Of a stretch of 64,000 nucleotides of DNA, positions 40,122 to 55,347 are shown one piece after another. A program made the translations under genes and the position numbers. The stretch's first letter is position 1; each line of letters starts with the position of its first letter. Under the pieces are notes generated by a model, which saw only the letters and a program-made list of their open reading frames with translations, searched no databases and was not told where the DNA came from. Origin of the DNA: Octopus vulgaris (lineage: Eukaryota); the NCBI GenBank assembly GCA_951406725.2, contig OX597818.1, positions 5,456,001 through 5,520,000 on the forward strand. The letters are read 5' to 3'.

Positions 40122-42226
40122 ACATCCTTTTTGTCTCGGGAGACAATGGAGTTGCGCATAAAATAGTCTAGTCCGGCTTATACATTTCATGTCCTGATAC
40201 ATTTCCTGCTGTGGCTGTGTAGTCCTATCCTGGACAAACACTCTCTCTGGCAGGTACCGCAAATGTAGCGAAGACTGTTCCTGGCTGGTTGTAATGTCAT
40301 AGTTTCTTGTTGACGTCTTTTCTTGTCTTTCCATTTCTCCTCTCTCTGTCACTCCTTTGTATTCCGTCTTTTACGGTACGTCGCCAATCTCCACGGTTGC
40401 TGGCAATTGCTTTTCAACTGCTAATATTGATATTGCAGGCCTTCATATCCCTTTTGTAAACATCCTTGTAACGTAAGAACGGTCTGCCCACAGACCTAGT
40501 ACCCCTAGCAAGCTCTCCGTAGAGTATGTCCTTGGGAATTCTGCCATCTTTCATACGGCTAACATGACCAAGCCATCTCATACGTCTTTGTGTGAAGAGT
40601 GCAAACATGCTTGGTATTCCTGCTTGCTTGAGGACATCTTTGTTGGGGATATGATTCTGCCATTTGATGCGGAGGATTTTCCGGAGGCAGCGCAGGTGAA
40701 AGATGTTTAGGCGACGCTCTTGGCGTGTGTATAGCGTCCAGGTCTCACTTCCATACAGTAGAGTGCTAAGTACACATGCCTGGTAGATCTTCATTTTCGT
40801 GGTCTTGGTCAGCTTATTGTTGTCCCATGCCCGTTTGGAGAGTTGGGCCATCGCAGCAGCTGCCTTGCCAATGCGTATATTGAGCTCAGCGTCAAGGGAT
40901 AGGTTGTAGGTGACGGTAGAGCCAAGATAGGTAAACATCTCCACCTCCTGTAATCTGTGGTCTCCAATGTGGTTGGGATGTCCGATGTAGCCTGACCCAT
41001 GATGTTGGTCTTCTTAAGGCCGATAGCTAAGCCAAAGAAGTCATTTACATGCTTGCTCAAAACAGTTAATGGGCCTTTGGAGGGCTTCTTCTGTGTGTGA
41101 TACCAGAGCGGCATCATCAGCAAATAGCATATCATTGATCAGGACGTTTCTGATTTTGGTCTTGGCACGCAGGCGTGAGACATTGAACAGTTTCCCGTCA
41201 CTTCTACTGTGCAGAAACACTCCATCATCTGATGTCTGAAAGGCATGTGAGAGCAAGAGCGAGAAGAAAATGCCAAATAATGTAGGAGCGAGGACACAAC
41301 CTTGCTTTACCCCGTTTATTATTTCGAAGGCGGCTGATGTTGAACCATTGTGCTGTATGGTGCCTTGCATATCATCATGGAAAGACTTGATGATCCTCAG
41401 CAGCTTTGGTGGACATCCGATTTTTTGGAGCAGGATGAAGTGGCTTTTTCTACTTACCGAGTCAAAGGCCTTTGTTAGATCAATGAAGGCCATATATATT
41501 GGCATTTTCTGCTCTCTGGATTCTCCTGAATTTGGCGTATGGAGAATATCATATCAATAGTTGATCTGCTTCTTCTAAAGCCACACTGCGATTCCGGATA
41601 GATTCCAGAAGCAAGTTGTTGTAGCCTGGCCAGGATAGCGCGAGCAAAGGTCTTTCCAACAGTGCTTAGAAGAGATATTCCACGGTAATTGTTACAAACA
41701 CCACGGTCACCTTTGTTTTTGTAAAGCGTAATGATGTTAGCATCCCGCATATCCTGAGGGACTGTACCCTCTTCCCAGCCCTGACACAGAAGCTCATGAA
41801 GGTGCCGAAGCAGGATGGTGTTTTTGCCGGCTTTGATTATCTCTGAGGGGATGCCGTCTTTTCCCGGAGCCTTGTTTCTTGCTAGGGAGTCAATAGCCTT
41901 GGTGCGCTCTGCTATAGATGGCGGACTGTCAAGTTCGCACATGACTGGCAAGATCTTGACACTCTCGATTGCAGCCTCAGCTACTGCAGTCTCCCGTGAA
42001 TAGAGATCCTGGTAGTGCTCCACCCATCTATCCAGTTGCTTACTTTGATCCCTGATGAGATCTCCAGTAGTTGATTTCAGAGGGGCTGACTTGGTTGCGG
42101 ATGGACCGAGGGCTTTCTTCAAACCGGCATACATCCAAAAGGTGTCATCCCTGTTAGCAGCTGACTGGATACTCTGACAGATTTCCTGCCAATACCTATT
42201 TGCACAGTGTCTGGCTGTCAGTTGAG

Positions 42227-42228
<2 letters not shown>
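40117..42228 (-). mobile_element. RTE-clade LINE, 5' truncated, frameshifted RT
   Basis: KAPGKDGIP, NYRGISLLS, ESQCGFR, FIDLTKAFD, GVKQGCVLAP, FADD, FTYLGS, WLGHV; 3' end CCATTGTCTCCCGAGACA; (TA)n on both sides. Confidence 0.95.
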
Positions 42229-42311
<83 letters not shown>

Positions 42312-42332
42312 CATATACATATATATAAATGT

Positions 42333-42595
42333 GGAGGCGCAATGGACGGCGGTTAGGGTAGCGGACTCGCGGTCGGAGGATCACGGTTTCGATTCTCAGA
42401 CCGAATGTTGTGTGTGTTTGTTGAGCGAAAACACCTAAATGCTCCACGAGACTCAGGCAGAGGGTGGGGGTGACACAACTTTCTTTCACTCTCGATTCCT
42501 GTTTCTTGAGTAACGCTGCGATGGACTGGTGGCCCGTCCAGCTGGGGGGAACACATACGCCACAAAAACCGGCTAGGCTTGAAAAGGGCGCGAAT
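42333..42595 (+). mobile_element. tRNA-derived SINE
   Basis: GGAGGCGCAATGG..GGTTAGGG, B-box-like TTTCGATTC; related minus-strand copy 54389-54531. Confidence 0.8.
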
Positions 42596-43519
42596 ATATA
42601 CATATAGATATACGTACATACACTCACGTATACGTATACACCTATCAATTTGTATATGAATTAGAAACAGCGCTAGCAATGTAAACATTATCGACCACAC
42701 ATACTCAATGAATGCATTCTGCTTCTTCGCTGGTAGGCTACGACTTAGTGCGGATGCGAATTCGGGTGAGTTGTCTAATGTATATGTATATTAGGCTGTC
42801 AGTTGTGTGTGTGCAACCCCGTGTACGTTGCAAGTGAACTGCTTATTTATATTGTGTACAGGTGTACTGTGTGTGTGTGATTGTGTGTTCTTGTATCTTA
42901 GTTTGGTGTCTGTTTAAGAGGCAGTTGGATACATACGATTGTGTATGCATGAAATGTGAATGCATAGAGAGTCTGCGCTGTGTGAATATTACACCTATTT
43001 ATATCTGTGTGCATGCATGTTAGCGAGTCTTTGCTTTCCTGTTTTCAGCTGTTGTGAGTGCATATGGGGCCGCTGGATAAAGTGTGTGTATGAAGTAAAT
43101 ATATGTGTGTATATTCTGTATTTGTTCGCATGAATATGTGTGAGAGTGTGTGAGGTTATCTGACGAAAGTTTTGTGTTGTAGAGGGATTATGTGAGTTAA
43201 TGTCGCTGGATGTAAAGGAGTTAAGTTTTGGGAGGAATGCGAGACTATATTACATGGTACTCTACGTGTGAGGAAGGAAGTGTAAGTGTGATTGGTGGTA
43301 CGTGGTTTGAGAAGGTGAGAGTGTGTGTATGACGGGGTGTATGCATGTGCTGTAATGACATAATGGTGTGAGTTGTGTCGGTAATGAGTAAACGGTGTAG
43401 AGAAGGTATGTGGAGATGCAGGAGGATGGGAAGTGGAATGTGTGTGGTGTGCGGTGTGTGGTGTGTGAATTGTGAATGGAGGTGGGTTTGGATGAAGAGA
43501 CGTGAAGAATTGGGAGCAT

Positions 43520-43681
43520 GAAGGATTGGGGAAAGGAGAGGGAAAATAAATTCCTACACACGACGAAAGGAGATCGGATGGCCTCTGTGCAAATCTAGTC
43601 CGAACATACAGAGATGTTGTAGGGAATGACCAGTCAAGTGGAAGTGACGGGCGACGAGGATGTCATTACCGAGTCTGATGT
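43520..43681 (-). pseudogene. PLE GIY-YIG C-terminal fragment
   Basis: IRLGNDILVARHFHLTGHSLQHLCMFGL. Confidence 0.65.
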
Positions 43682-44259
43682 AAGAGACAGAGATTGATAG
43701 ATAGGGAGAGGGTCTGAGAGGGAGAGAGAGAGAGTGAAGGGGGAATGGATAGATAGACATAAATTGACAAATTGAGATGGTCGGAGAAATATAGACACCT
43801 ATTTTGTATATTTCACGGGATACATTTATATAGCAACACAAAATAAAGTATCGATACTCAAAGTGGACCATTATATTGGCATACAGTACAAACCAATACA
43901 TAAAAGAAACTTCCTGCTAATTTTAGACTTATGAAATACTATTTAGTGGTTAATTACTGAAGTTGCATTCACATTTAAAATCAAAATACAATAAGATACA
44001 TAACGAAGGAGTGACCAGCATACATCACGCTAATATTAAACAGATTGATGAAACTTGCAGGAAAAGTTGGTAATGACACAAGGAACAGATGATGAAATCT
44101 TTGGTAGTGATCCGGGTATTTTTATAGATTCTTGACGGATTTTTCATTTGTTATATTTACTTCACATGGAGTATTACAATTCAGTAAGACATCAGCTGAT
44201 CTAACAGAAGTGACTTATCAGATAGCAGGCTTACTTTGGAAAAACATTCAACCACAGCA

Positions 44260-45340
44260 GTCATGCCTCCCTCTTGATCTAAAAGTGTGGAGCAACGAAA
44301 GAAAGAAAATGCAGAGCGCATGAAAACGAAAAGGCAGGAAAAGGCATCAGCAGCTGCCGACAGTGTGCAAAGGCGAAGACATAGGCAAAACGAAACGCCG
44401 GATGCTTCCGAGACTGACACTGCAAAAAAGCGCCGACTTAGGGAGAACGAAACGCCGGAGGCTGCCGAGACTCACCATGCGTGCAAAATGGCGAAGACTT
44501 AGGGAGAACAAAACGCCGGAGGCTGCAGAGCCTCGCCGTGCGACTGAAAGTGCAAAAAAAGCGAGGACTTAGGGAGAAAGAAACGCCGGCGTCTGCCGAG
44601 ACTCGCCGTGCGTCTAACAGAGCAAATAAGCAGAGACTTAGGGAGAACGAAACGCTGGAGGCTGCCTAGACTCACTGGGCGTCTGACAGCACAAAAAGCT
44701 AAGACTGAATAAGAAAGAAACGCCGGAGGCTGCCGACACTCGCCGTACGTCTGTCAGGGCAGGAATGCACAGACATAGAAGTGTTAGCTCTGAAACTGAT
44801 GAGAAAGATCTGCTACAAAGGGCATTATATGCACGAATACATTCGGCCTAAAAAGTTGGAGACACTCAACTGGTTGAAGCAGAACAATCCTTTGTACAAG
44901 AACATCGTCATCGGCACAGACTGGAAAATTGGTGGGAAGATGATGATCCAGAGCTGTGGTAAGCAATAGCCAAAGCCTGTCCAGAGGAGATGGAAGTTGA
45001 TCAACCAGACTCCCCTTTTCCTCCGTCACCCACGCCAACTGAAAACAGTTACCACATGCTGGAACATCTGGTTAAGAGGCGCAACTTGAAGATAAAGCAG
45101 ATCCTTGCGAATGGTAACTGCTTACTTCATACTGTATCATCATCTCTCACTTTAGTTGGAGAGCAGAACATCGATGGGCCCGACATACGACAAAAACTCA
45201 TTGACTAACTTGAGACAACATCTGACAAGCAGTACTACTTTGGCTTTTTACAACTTAACAATAGCCTACACCAGTCATCTGTACATGAAATCCTAAGTCA
45301 GCAGCCTATGACATGTATATTAATGAGCTGAGAAATGGCA
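44260..45340 (+). pseudogene. Helitron/Helentron-like ORF remnant with ~69-bp coding tandem repeats and OTU-like segment
   Basis: Six RLRENETPEAAETRRA-type repeats (44390-44760); LKLMRKICYKGHY..IRPKKLETLNWLKQNNPLY; KIKQILANGNCLLHTVS. Confidence 0.7.
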
Positions 45341-45726
45341 CATCAATCTCAGTGTTTTACTCAAAACACGATGTATTTGAAGTCTAGTGTTTGCGCATTA
45401 AAATATTTGTACATTTGAGCATGAGTGTGCGTGTTTGTGTGTGAGTGTGTTTGTGTGGGTCAGTAGATTTATTGATAGAGATAACTGAGGGAATTTCGCA
45501 TCTGACACACACACATACACACACACGCATACTCTCATACACATGTATTAACATGCATATGTATATGTAATCAAGTTTTTATATATATATATATCAAAGG
45601 AAAAGGCACGGTGTAAATCTAGGAGATGTATATGTGTGTGTGTGTGTGTATATCTGTGTATGTTTGTGTCTGAGTAGATTGGTCCGCTGATAGAAATTAT
45701 TGAAGCAAATTTGCATCTGTCTCTCC

Positions 45727-45780
<54 letters not shown>

Positions 45781-47467
45781 CACACACATTCAATATTAAT
45801 AAGTTTTTCCAGATCATTTCCCTAGGAGCTATAATAAAAATAGGAAAGCTTCAATTACTTTGGATCATTTCGAGTTAAATATGTTCAATAAAACATTGTC
45901 CGTCCTACGTATTATAATATAGTCATAATAGGTGAGCTTTTGTTTTGCCACCATGATCAGAAGTTATTACCTTTCCCCTACTTGTTATAAAATCCATTCA
46001 TTTGTTCGATGGCCCTTGTAAGAGACTTTACACTCACACTTTAAATGCATTGATTATGTTCTCTTAAAATTTGCTCAGAGTCCATGTTTCGCTATTTCCT
46101 ACGCTTATTGGCCCAATATGGTCTCGCACTAGTCTTGTTTTAACTTGGGACACTTTTGCTACTCCAGATGATATCTATATTGTCCATGGTTGTTCTTACC
46201 ATGGCTAGCCTTATCCTTTCTTACATGAGTTATTTGGGCTTCAAAGTGCATGTACAATTCGACCTGCTCGAACTTCTCACTCCCTAATTTAAGGTTAGCA
46301 TTTACAGCCTCTTTTCCTACGACTATAAGTTTGGTTTTCTAAAGGCTAATGTTTAAAACCATTCCTCAAACACAATAAGTTTTGTTTTCTGTGTATTTGA
46401 TACGTTCTGGACTCTTTTACCATTTCTTATAGACCGACATCAATCTTGACCAGTAGGATAGTTTCGTTTGCATACTTCCGATTAAAAATATTCAAGCCAA
46501 ACTTTTTTCTGTATTGCTTCTCGCATTATCCCCTCAATGTAGATGTTAAAAAAGTTTGGTGAAAGAAAACTTCTTTTCTAATTTTTGAACTTTTCTGCGT
46601 TCTCATTATTTACTCGAATGCAGGACTGTTGCTGAATGTAAAGCTGCTTGATGAGCCTAATAAGGTATTTCGGAATACCGCGATTAGAGATGATACGTCA
46701 CATGTGGCCATAGTTTGCACAGCCAAAGACCATTCTGCAAAATAAATTTGGAAGGTTGTCTAAACTATTTTTATCTAAACGGTACAGATGATTTCTGGTG
46801 CCACGTCCGCTTTAAAATCAGCCTATTCTCTAACTATTTTGTGTTTGAGGAATTGTTTTAAACATTTTAGGGTGATGACTAAAAGGGATTCCTTTTTTAT
46901 CGGCTAGAATTCAAATTTCTTTAGCTATCCTGACCTCGATAATTAAAATCTGTACACCTTCTTCAAGTAAAAGGACTATATTATAAATTTTAGAGACAAT
47001 GAGAAAAATCCTATAATTTCCACACAAAAGTAATAAAATGGTGATACTACATTTTATTTCGCTTTATTCGTCGAAATGAACCTATGATAATTTGGTTTAA
47101 CGAGGACAGCAGTATCCTATAATTTAAAGTATCTCTATCTTATTGTATATGAATATCCAGAAAAGAGCGATGAAAGTTAATGCTATGGGAAATTGCTCAA
47201 CAAATCGCAAGGAACACTACAACATTGGATTAAATTTGAGCAAGTATTCACAAACGTAAAGTTTGTGTCTACCTTTAGAACATACTTGGCTCTGGGAATA
47301 TGAAGCGTCATCACTGTGAGAGTCATGCATTAGTTATCAATAACGTAATTCTTTGTATCCTGCCAAGTTTCAACTCAAAATTCTTGTCATATTAGAAATC
47401 ATTATAATCGTGATTATTAGGTGTAGTCGTATACTTTTAATATAATTATGAGGAGGAGGAGGAGGAG

Positions 47468-47508
<41 letters not shown>

Positions 47509-50500
47509 GAGAGATAGAAATGTAGAGGGATGTGTTTGGCAAGTATAAGTATTGTTCCGAATTGCATGAGTTAGTCGTACAGGTATTGCTTTGTTGGCCT
47601 ATAGTGAAAGGTGAATTTGGGTATTCTGGTTTTGTTCACACGGTACTGAACATTTACTCTCTGAGAAGTAGATTTAATAAAATGATGTTTGTTTTTGTTC
47701 AAGCAGTAAACACCAAATGTGAGTGCTTCATCACTGAGCGCTACCAATTGACACTACATATTTCAGGTGCAGTAGGCATGTAAGGATATTACAATTTAAC
47801 TCATGTTTCCGTCAGGCATAGCTGGAACATTCATGTCATGCTTCGGAAAGATATTTCCCGTCGCTGGGAAGTCACGCTAGAGATTTCACAACTATTCTGT
47901 CTGAAAAGAAGTTTCTTGAAGAAAATAGGTTTTAATCACATCTTGGATCTTTGCATAACAATGTTTTTAATCATGCAGTTCTTTGTAATTTAAGTTATTG
48001 TTGCTGTTTCACAGTTCTATTTCTCTTCTGTGCAACCAAATTCAAATAATGTCCACTTTAGATTGTAAAATGTGCTTTTATTCCTTTCATTATCTATTCA
48101 ATTAATTGAACACTTGTATTAATGAAGAACGAAAGAGCTAACCGGGTTGTAGTTTATATGTATATTTCTCGTATGGCTGGTATGTAACTTCGTGCTAATT
48201 CTCATTAGATAATGGTCTGGTCTGGGTGTAGAATGTAAGAAACGAATATAGTTAACAAGTAGAAGTTTTCTGTTGTCGAACAGCATTGCAGTGAATTAAT
48301 ATACAGAATATTTCGAATTTCAACATAGAATTAAAAAAACATTATCATTCGTGCTTATTATCTCATCATTATCTGTATTACTAATCTATAATAAGTTTTG
48401 AGAGAGTCCTGTATTACTGCAACGCATAAATCATTTCTCTGCAACTCTTTATAAATAAATCAATAAATTTATATTACTTCTAGGAACAGAAATGTATAAG
48501 CATGAATAAAAGTCTATTAAATAATGTTACAATGACATACTGTCGCTACCTAGACCATGCTTAAGCTGAATTTAATTGCAAGTTAGTCATGCATTTTTGC
48601 TCAAATCAAGTAAATGGTTCATTTACGCTTACTCCTAAATTATGAAAAGTACTGACAGGTAATTAAAAGACATTATTCGTATTCTGTAGATGATCAGTTC
48701 ACTTTGAAGCTGAACAAAATACTCAGGCATTACACTCTCGAGAGATTGCTACACTACAAACAAAATATGATCCAAATATAATTTTAGAGAAAATATAATT
48801 TTGAGAAAAAAAAAACATAATGCCGACAATCATATAAGAATAGGGTAAATGAAAATGTCGGTAATAAAATAATAAGCCTTCTTGTTAGAAATAATTTGCA
48901 TTATATGTGTTTTATTTTTGGAATTTATCAAATGTCAGTGAGATACTAAACATCACTCGACATTTACTACTAAGGATGCACGCTTGTAAGCTATGAAAAA
49001 AGTTGACCATAAATTTAGCAAATTGATGTTATCGAGGTTATTTTTCCTGTGTACATATATTTATAATACACTGCAGGATTGGTCGACGTACTAATATATT
49101 TCAGCTTTTGTTTCATTCTTAAAGTTGTCTAATTTTGGTAAAGCTTAATTAAATATCTATATAAGACAAAAATGCTGTCAATGATTAACAAGATAAATGC
49201 CATGTGGCTACCTTATGAAACCATGTAAAAAAGGAACTTACGTCCAAAAATCAATAACAATATACAATGGTAACATCTTTTTGCTTCATTTATTTTTCGT
49301 TTTCTTATATCTTTTAGTTTCTCTTATTCTTTATCTGTTCTACAGTGCATGCCTGGGTTGCTTACTGTTAAACATATTCATGATTTTGAGACAGAAATAG
49401 AGCTTTATTCCTTTCTATTATTGCTTTTGTATCTAGCATTGTATTAGATATCAGAATAAAAGGAAAACTTGTCAAATAATTCTCATTAACAAATTAATAA
49501 CCTTTTATATATTGTTTATTGATTAGCTCTGGAATATGAATATAGAGAGTTAGGAGAGATCACATTCTGGTGAAATTGCAGCTTTCCACTTAAACTGTTG
49601 TATGTTCAAAGCTCTAAATACAAATGAAAGTGAAGAAATTAAAAATATGCAAACCGTGTTCATGGAGAGAAATAACTGAGTGTCATCATCCTTCTGGGAT
49701 TGAGAAACCATAGTACGGTGAAGTGAAGTGAGAGTGAGTGAGCCGTGTCTGATGGAGATGACACAAAACAACCTAAGATATATTGTCACTAGAAAAAGAA
49801 TGGAAAAAAGATAGTTGTGCTGTGCAGTGGATGTCGGCATGCTTTTTATACGACTTTATAGTAATCACTCAAGTAGTCTTTCTTCCCTCATTTTCTCCAA
49901 AGTAATACGAGAAAAACAGGAAAAGAAATGTCGATTGTCATTAATTTTTAAACAACTACAGACTAATTTCAAGATCTCCAGTTAAGTTGTGCTGAAGAAC
50001 CTAGAACAAGGGAGAAATGTTGCTAACCACAACAACTGGAATATCTAATAAATGAATTTATAGAGAAATAAGGAAATGTTATATACTTTTTCCCTCTTTT
50101 CACTAACAAAAAATACCTTTCAACATTGGAAAAAATATAAGCACTGAAGCGGTTCTCACCTCTTATAGATATTCACCTCTCTCTCTCTCGTCTCATTAAT
50201 AACTGTCTCTCTTACTTCATAAGCAGTAGCGGTTTCCAGTCATATAACTACATGTATCTTATCGTGCTTCTTTATGAAAAAGTTGAAATACAACATTCTT
50301 GCTAAATATATGACTTGATGATAGTTAAAGCAATAATTAATTAACGTTCATTTTAACGGAATCGTCTGACAGGATGTGTTAGTTTTTGAGATTTTCGTGA
50401 GTAAAATTCGATAATTCGTTGAATCTCTCTAAAATATTCTATATATTTGGATTAAGTGATACGTTATACAGCCATTATGTATTTTATAATTCACGAAAGA

Positions 50501-50843
50501 ATAAATTCGAAAGCAATTTTTATCGAGTTTCAATTTCCAAATTTATTATTAGACCGTAAACAAACACATCATACGTTCAGTCACGCTGGTGGCGAGGTTT
50601 TTTTAATTGATTCATGGTCTCATTGATTCCATTTCATGTATTACTAATGTGTAAGAGCAAATGACTTATATGAACCCTTTATGACGATGATAATATCTAT
50701 AATTAGCTCATATATACAAATTATTGGAAAAAAACGAATATTTTCATCAAAAGAATGTGATAAATATTGATATATTCGTCGTTATGTTCTTTCAAAGAAA
50801 TATATTAAAGAAATTCCAACAAAAAACTTGGCTGCATGCTAAG

Positions 50844-50893
<50 letters not shown>

Positions 50894-53800
50894 GTATGTA
50901 TACACACACACATACCGTACATACATGAACTATCAAATTCATCATTTTGCAAAAGGACATAAACTACATATTTAGTATACAAAGAATAAAGAAGTAATAC
51001 ACTTGGAATATAAATCAATGTCTGTATTATTTCCACATTGAATAAACATGAGGGTTCTGGTATTATTTTCTTCTTACTGACTGTATAGTTATCAAATTGA
51101 CACAATATGAAATCAAGAAAGTAATGTTAAGAATATATGAAAGTCGAGTCATATGAAATGACCTTTGAAATATCTATTATACATGAACAGAAAAAACTGC
51201 CAGTATTAAATTAAAGATAGTAAAGAATGTTTTACATAAAACATTTTGTTTCTTATATAATATATCCAAAGTTAACACTAAATGTTTTGGATCTGATTGC
51301 TTTGTTAATTCTTAAGTTATACGTTTCTTATATGAAAATTACTGCGTATCATTAATATTACAATATATTTAATGTTCAAAACTTTTAGTAACTCTAAGTT
51401 CTGATTGATATTGTTTTTAATATATTTTGTATTATATATTTGCTGAATATAAAATAATGCCCCACATCAAGGAATAACTTATGAAATATTACATTATAAA
51501 TCTACAATACTTTCTCACAGGATATATGCGCAAAAACCCTGTAGAAAAAAGGAGCAACCAAGGCAACCTTAAATAAAAATGCTGGGATCATGGGCTCACT
51601 ACGTTTTCCGTATATACTCAAATATAATATACACAAGTAGATAAATCAGAAAATAGGAGAAAATCATATTTAATTAGTAGCAAACGTAGACGAAACAACG
51701 TAGTCGTTGTGATCCGGAATTCAAAAAGCAACATCCAAGGATAATTATGTAAACAATTTTCGAGTTATTTAAATGGGTATGTTCTCAAACCCAAATGAAT
51801 GAAAATTGCTAAGATACAAACAAATCTCATAAAATAACTGTGGTGAAGCTGAATTTTATTCTATGATATAAGCCACACCGGCATGATTGAATTGATATCT
51901 AATTAATATTTTCACGTAGATGCTTTTGTATACAGAATAAACTGGAGTAGTATAAGTTTTAGTTCTTGATATTTGGATGATGAGAGGGAACTTAGTTGCC
52001 ACTTCAGAATTTCTTTATCGCATACACTTAAGTAGTGTTTTTATGATAATGACTGCTAAAGTAATTACAATCCACATTAATTGTAACAAATATATTAATA
52101 ACAGCAATATCATCATCATATTTAATACTATAATATGTACCAATTATAACCCATTTTACACACAAGTATTGTATCTACGTGTGTAGTACATATAGTAATG
52201 CTGACAACCATGACACGTTATTTATAAGTTAGACAAAAGGTTATAAGGTTGCTTATAATATTGGTGTCTTTCACAGGCACAAGGACTGGAATTCGGTGAA
52301 ATGTGTGTTTCTTATTTTATCGAGCCCAGAAGGAATGAAAGCACATTTGATTAAGCAGATTTGAAACACAGAATATAACGAGGCAGAAGTTTTACGTAGA
52401 CAACGCCAACGTCATCTAGTTAATTTCACTAAATTAGAAAATATAATCATTCTTTATAGTGTTGCTTGTAGAGTGTAAATTTGAATTATCAGAATTACTA
52501 CAAGCACTTATATGTTCAAGTACTCTTAGTAGTGTCCCGAAGATATAAGTTGCGAGTGTTAAAGGAAATATTGGAGGTGGTCCTAATTAGTTTTACAGCA
52601 AACAGAAAAGTTAGTAAGGGATCCAGTAGATCTTTGAAAGAATTGAAGTGTGATTCCATCCCTTTCAAGTGGCCAATAACATTTTGCGCGTGCATGCAGA
52701 AGGTAAACGCCTCAGAGAATGGCAAATACACATACACTGGTTGAAGTTTAGGCACCCTAACTGAAACTCTTATAGAAAAGCCCTAGAACACGAGTTATAT
52801 AGTTAACAAGTAGGCAAATTATCTGGCTAAGCAATTAAAATTTGGAGATCGTATACAACACGTCAAAGCAAATCACATATACCATTGTAGAAACGCAAGG
52901 AAATCTTTATCCAAAACACGAAGAATCGACTAATAATTTCTAAGGGAAACGAAGTAAGAATGTAACAGAAAAAGACTTCAAATCTATGCATGCAACAAAA
53001 GTATTACGATTATTTGCTTTCATTTTTCGCAACAAAACTAATTGATATTTTCTAGGGTTTAACAGAGTGAACTTTCATCGATAGATTGATATGAAATTGC
53101 TCGTCAAACTGCAGAAACAGGCACACAAATTACAACTACAAAATTTCCGTAATGTAAAATAACTTATTTTGGGCTATCTCTAAAATTTCGTGTGGCAAAA
53201 TTAGTAAAAATCCACCTCTTATATTTTAGAAATTCTCAGAAACTGAAAAGGGATCATGATGCTTCTTAGGGAGAGTAAAATTGAAGTTATATAATAGGAA
53301 ATGTTACCATTAGATTTCAAAAAAGTTGTCTTTTATAGTACATATCCAATTGGATATTAATGCAACAACAAATACTCACCTGAAAATAGCTAACGTATTA
53401 TCAGAATCAATCTACAGAATGACATACGCAGCCAATTCCATACACCGAATCAATAGACAATGCCACACCTAACCAAAGATTACTAAGCATTTCGCATGCA
53501 ACAGTAACAGATGCATGTCTATTTTGCTTTTTGATAAGGATGTTTTCCAAAAGAAGTATCCTTATACACTATTCATTTTTTAAAAACTGAATCAATTTCA
53601 ATGAGAAATGGAATGTTAATTGTCAATCTGGCTTGGAGTCATAAGTAAGACCGCCAGAAACTTATCCTGTTTCCCATTCTCTCATTGCCTTGGTTTCTAT
53701 CACTTTCTATTTATCTCCATTCCCAGAAGTATTTTTACGTTTTATTTTTTACTTCCTTATATAGTTGTTCTTCATATACCGATCTTTATACATATACAAA

Positions 53801-54087
53801 TATACATACATTTATCTTAATCTACATTTTCTGGGAGGGGTTTCTGCTCCTCAAACTTCTTGCCTAATTTCCTACATATGTTTATGCTTTTCCGATGGAA
53901 ATGCATTTCATATATAAATGTAAATGTTTTCACAAATAAAACTGCACTTCACTTTTGAAGCTCCGATCAAGCTATAGAATGATACACAAGCTCTTAACCA
54001 TGAGTGCATTGCATCTTAAAGCAGAAACAGTTGTGAGGTATTGAAGACTATCACATAATTTCTTATATTTTTGTCGTTTTGATAACT

Positions 54088-54150
<63 letters not shown>

Positions 54151-54525
54151 TATGTGAAATAGAAAGATGAATAATCTTGTAGTAGATTAATCAAAAGTTT
54201 AACCGATACCTTAGTAGCAAAAATCACAGCAGTAAAACAGTTCAATCTGCGTTCAGCTCCATTTCTTCAATTCACCATATATATATATATATATGTTTGT
54301 TTGTTTGTTTTTTTTTTTTGTTTTTCCAGTTTCAGCTCTTGAGCTGTGGCCATGCTGGGGCACCGCCATTGTGGTGAAAGAGTACAGCAGGGATCACCAC
54401 CCGCTGCCGGAGCCTCGTAGAGCTTTTAGGTGTTTTCGCTCAATAAACACACACAACGCCCAGTCTGAGAATCGAAACCGCGATCCTGCGACCGCGAGTC
54501 CGCTGCCCTAACCACTAGGCCATTG

Positions 54526-54676
<151 letters not shown>

Positions 54677-54931
54677 GGTATTTATAAAATCTTAAAGCTT
54701 ACGGCGATCACCGTACAATGACCAAGGAAAATAGTCTAATAAAGAGGCATATAAGCCCTCGACAGAAAAAAAAGGATTTTCTATCCGCGTGGGGCTCAAA
54801 CACACATCCCTTTGTTAACGCGGCTAAGTATGTTACCTTTACACCTGCGAACTATATTAGTTCGTATTTTATTTACATTATTTACATTATTTAAATTCGA
54901 CGGATATTTGTCCTCATCTTGTTTGTTTTTA

Positions 54932-54975
54932 ACACAATGTTTCGGCTGATATATCCTCCAGCCTTCTTTGGGTGT
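54932..54975 (-). ncRNA. Minimal HHR, core decayed, stem II intact
   Basis: Minus strand ACAC-CCAAAGA-A-GGCTG..CAGCC-GAAAC-ATT-GTGT. Confidence 0.55.
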
Positions 54976-55016
54976 CTTGGGGATATTTCAAAACCCATTC
55001 CTAAGGTATTTTTCGA

Positions 55017-55086
<70 letters not shown>

Positions 55087-55305
55087 GTTATTGTTCAGGT
55101 CACTGCTTGGAAACGAACTCGGAATCTTGGAGTTAGTAGCCTGTGCTCTTAATCACTACGCCATATGTCCGTGGGCATATGGCGAGATTCCGAGTTCGAT
55201 TCCAAGTAGTGAACTGAACAATAACAACAACAACAACAACAATAATAATAATAACATCAAAAACTACATTAGGAATGATAACCCAAGTTCGAAATTTTCC
55301 CAAGT

Positions 55306-55347
55306 CACCTGAAGAAGACTGAAGGGTATATCAACCGAAACGTTGTG
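55306..55347 (+). ncRNA. Minimal HHR, core intact, stem II decayed
   Basis: CAC-CTGAAGA-A-GACTG..CAACC-GAAAC-GTT^GTG. Confidence 0.7.

Noticed and set aside
44390-44760. Regularly spaced repeats resembling a CRISPR array
   Set aside because: The whole unit is repeated with no unique spacers; coding tandem repeat in a Helitron-like ORF
54730-54790. CTAATAA-A-GAGG..CCTC-GACA as hammerhead, or the AAGC loop as twister
   Set aside because: G5, G8 and GAAA are all altered identically in both copies; stems I/III and twister pseudoknots cannot be formed
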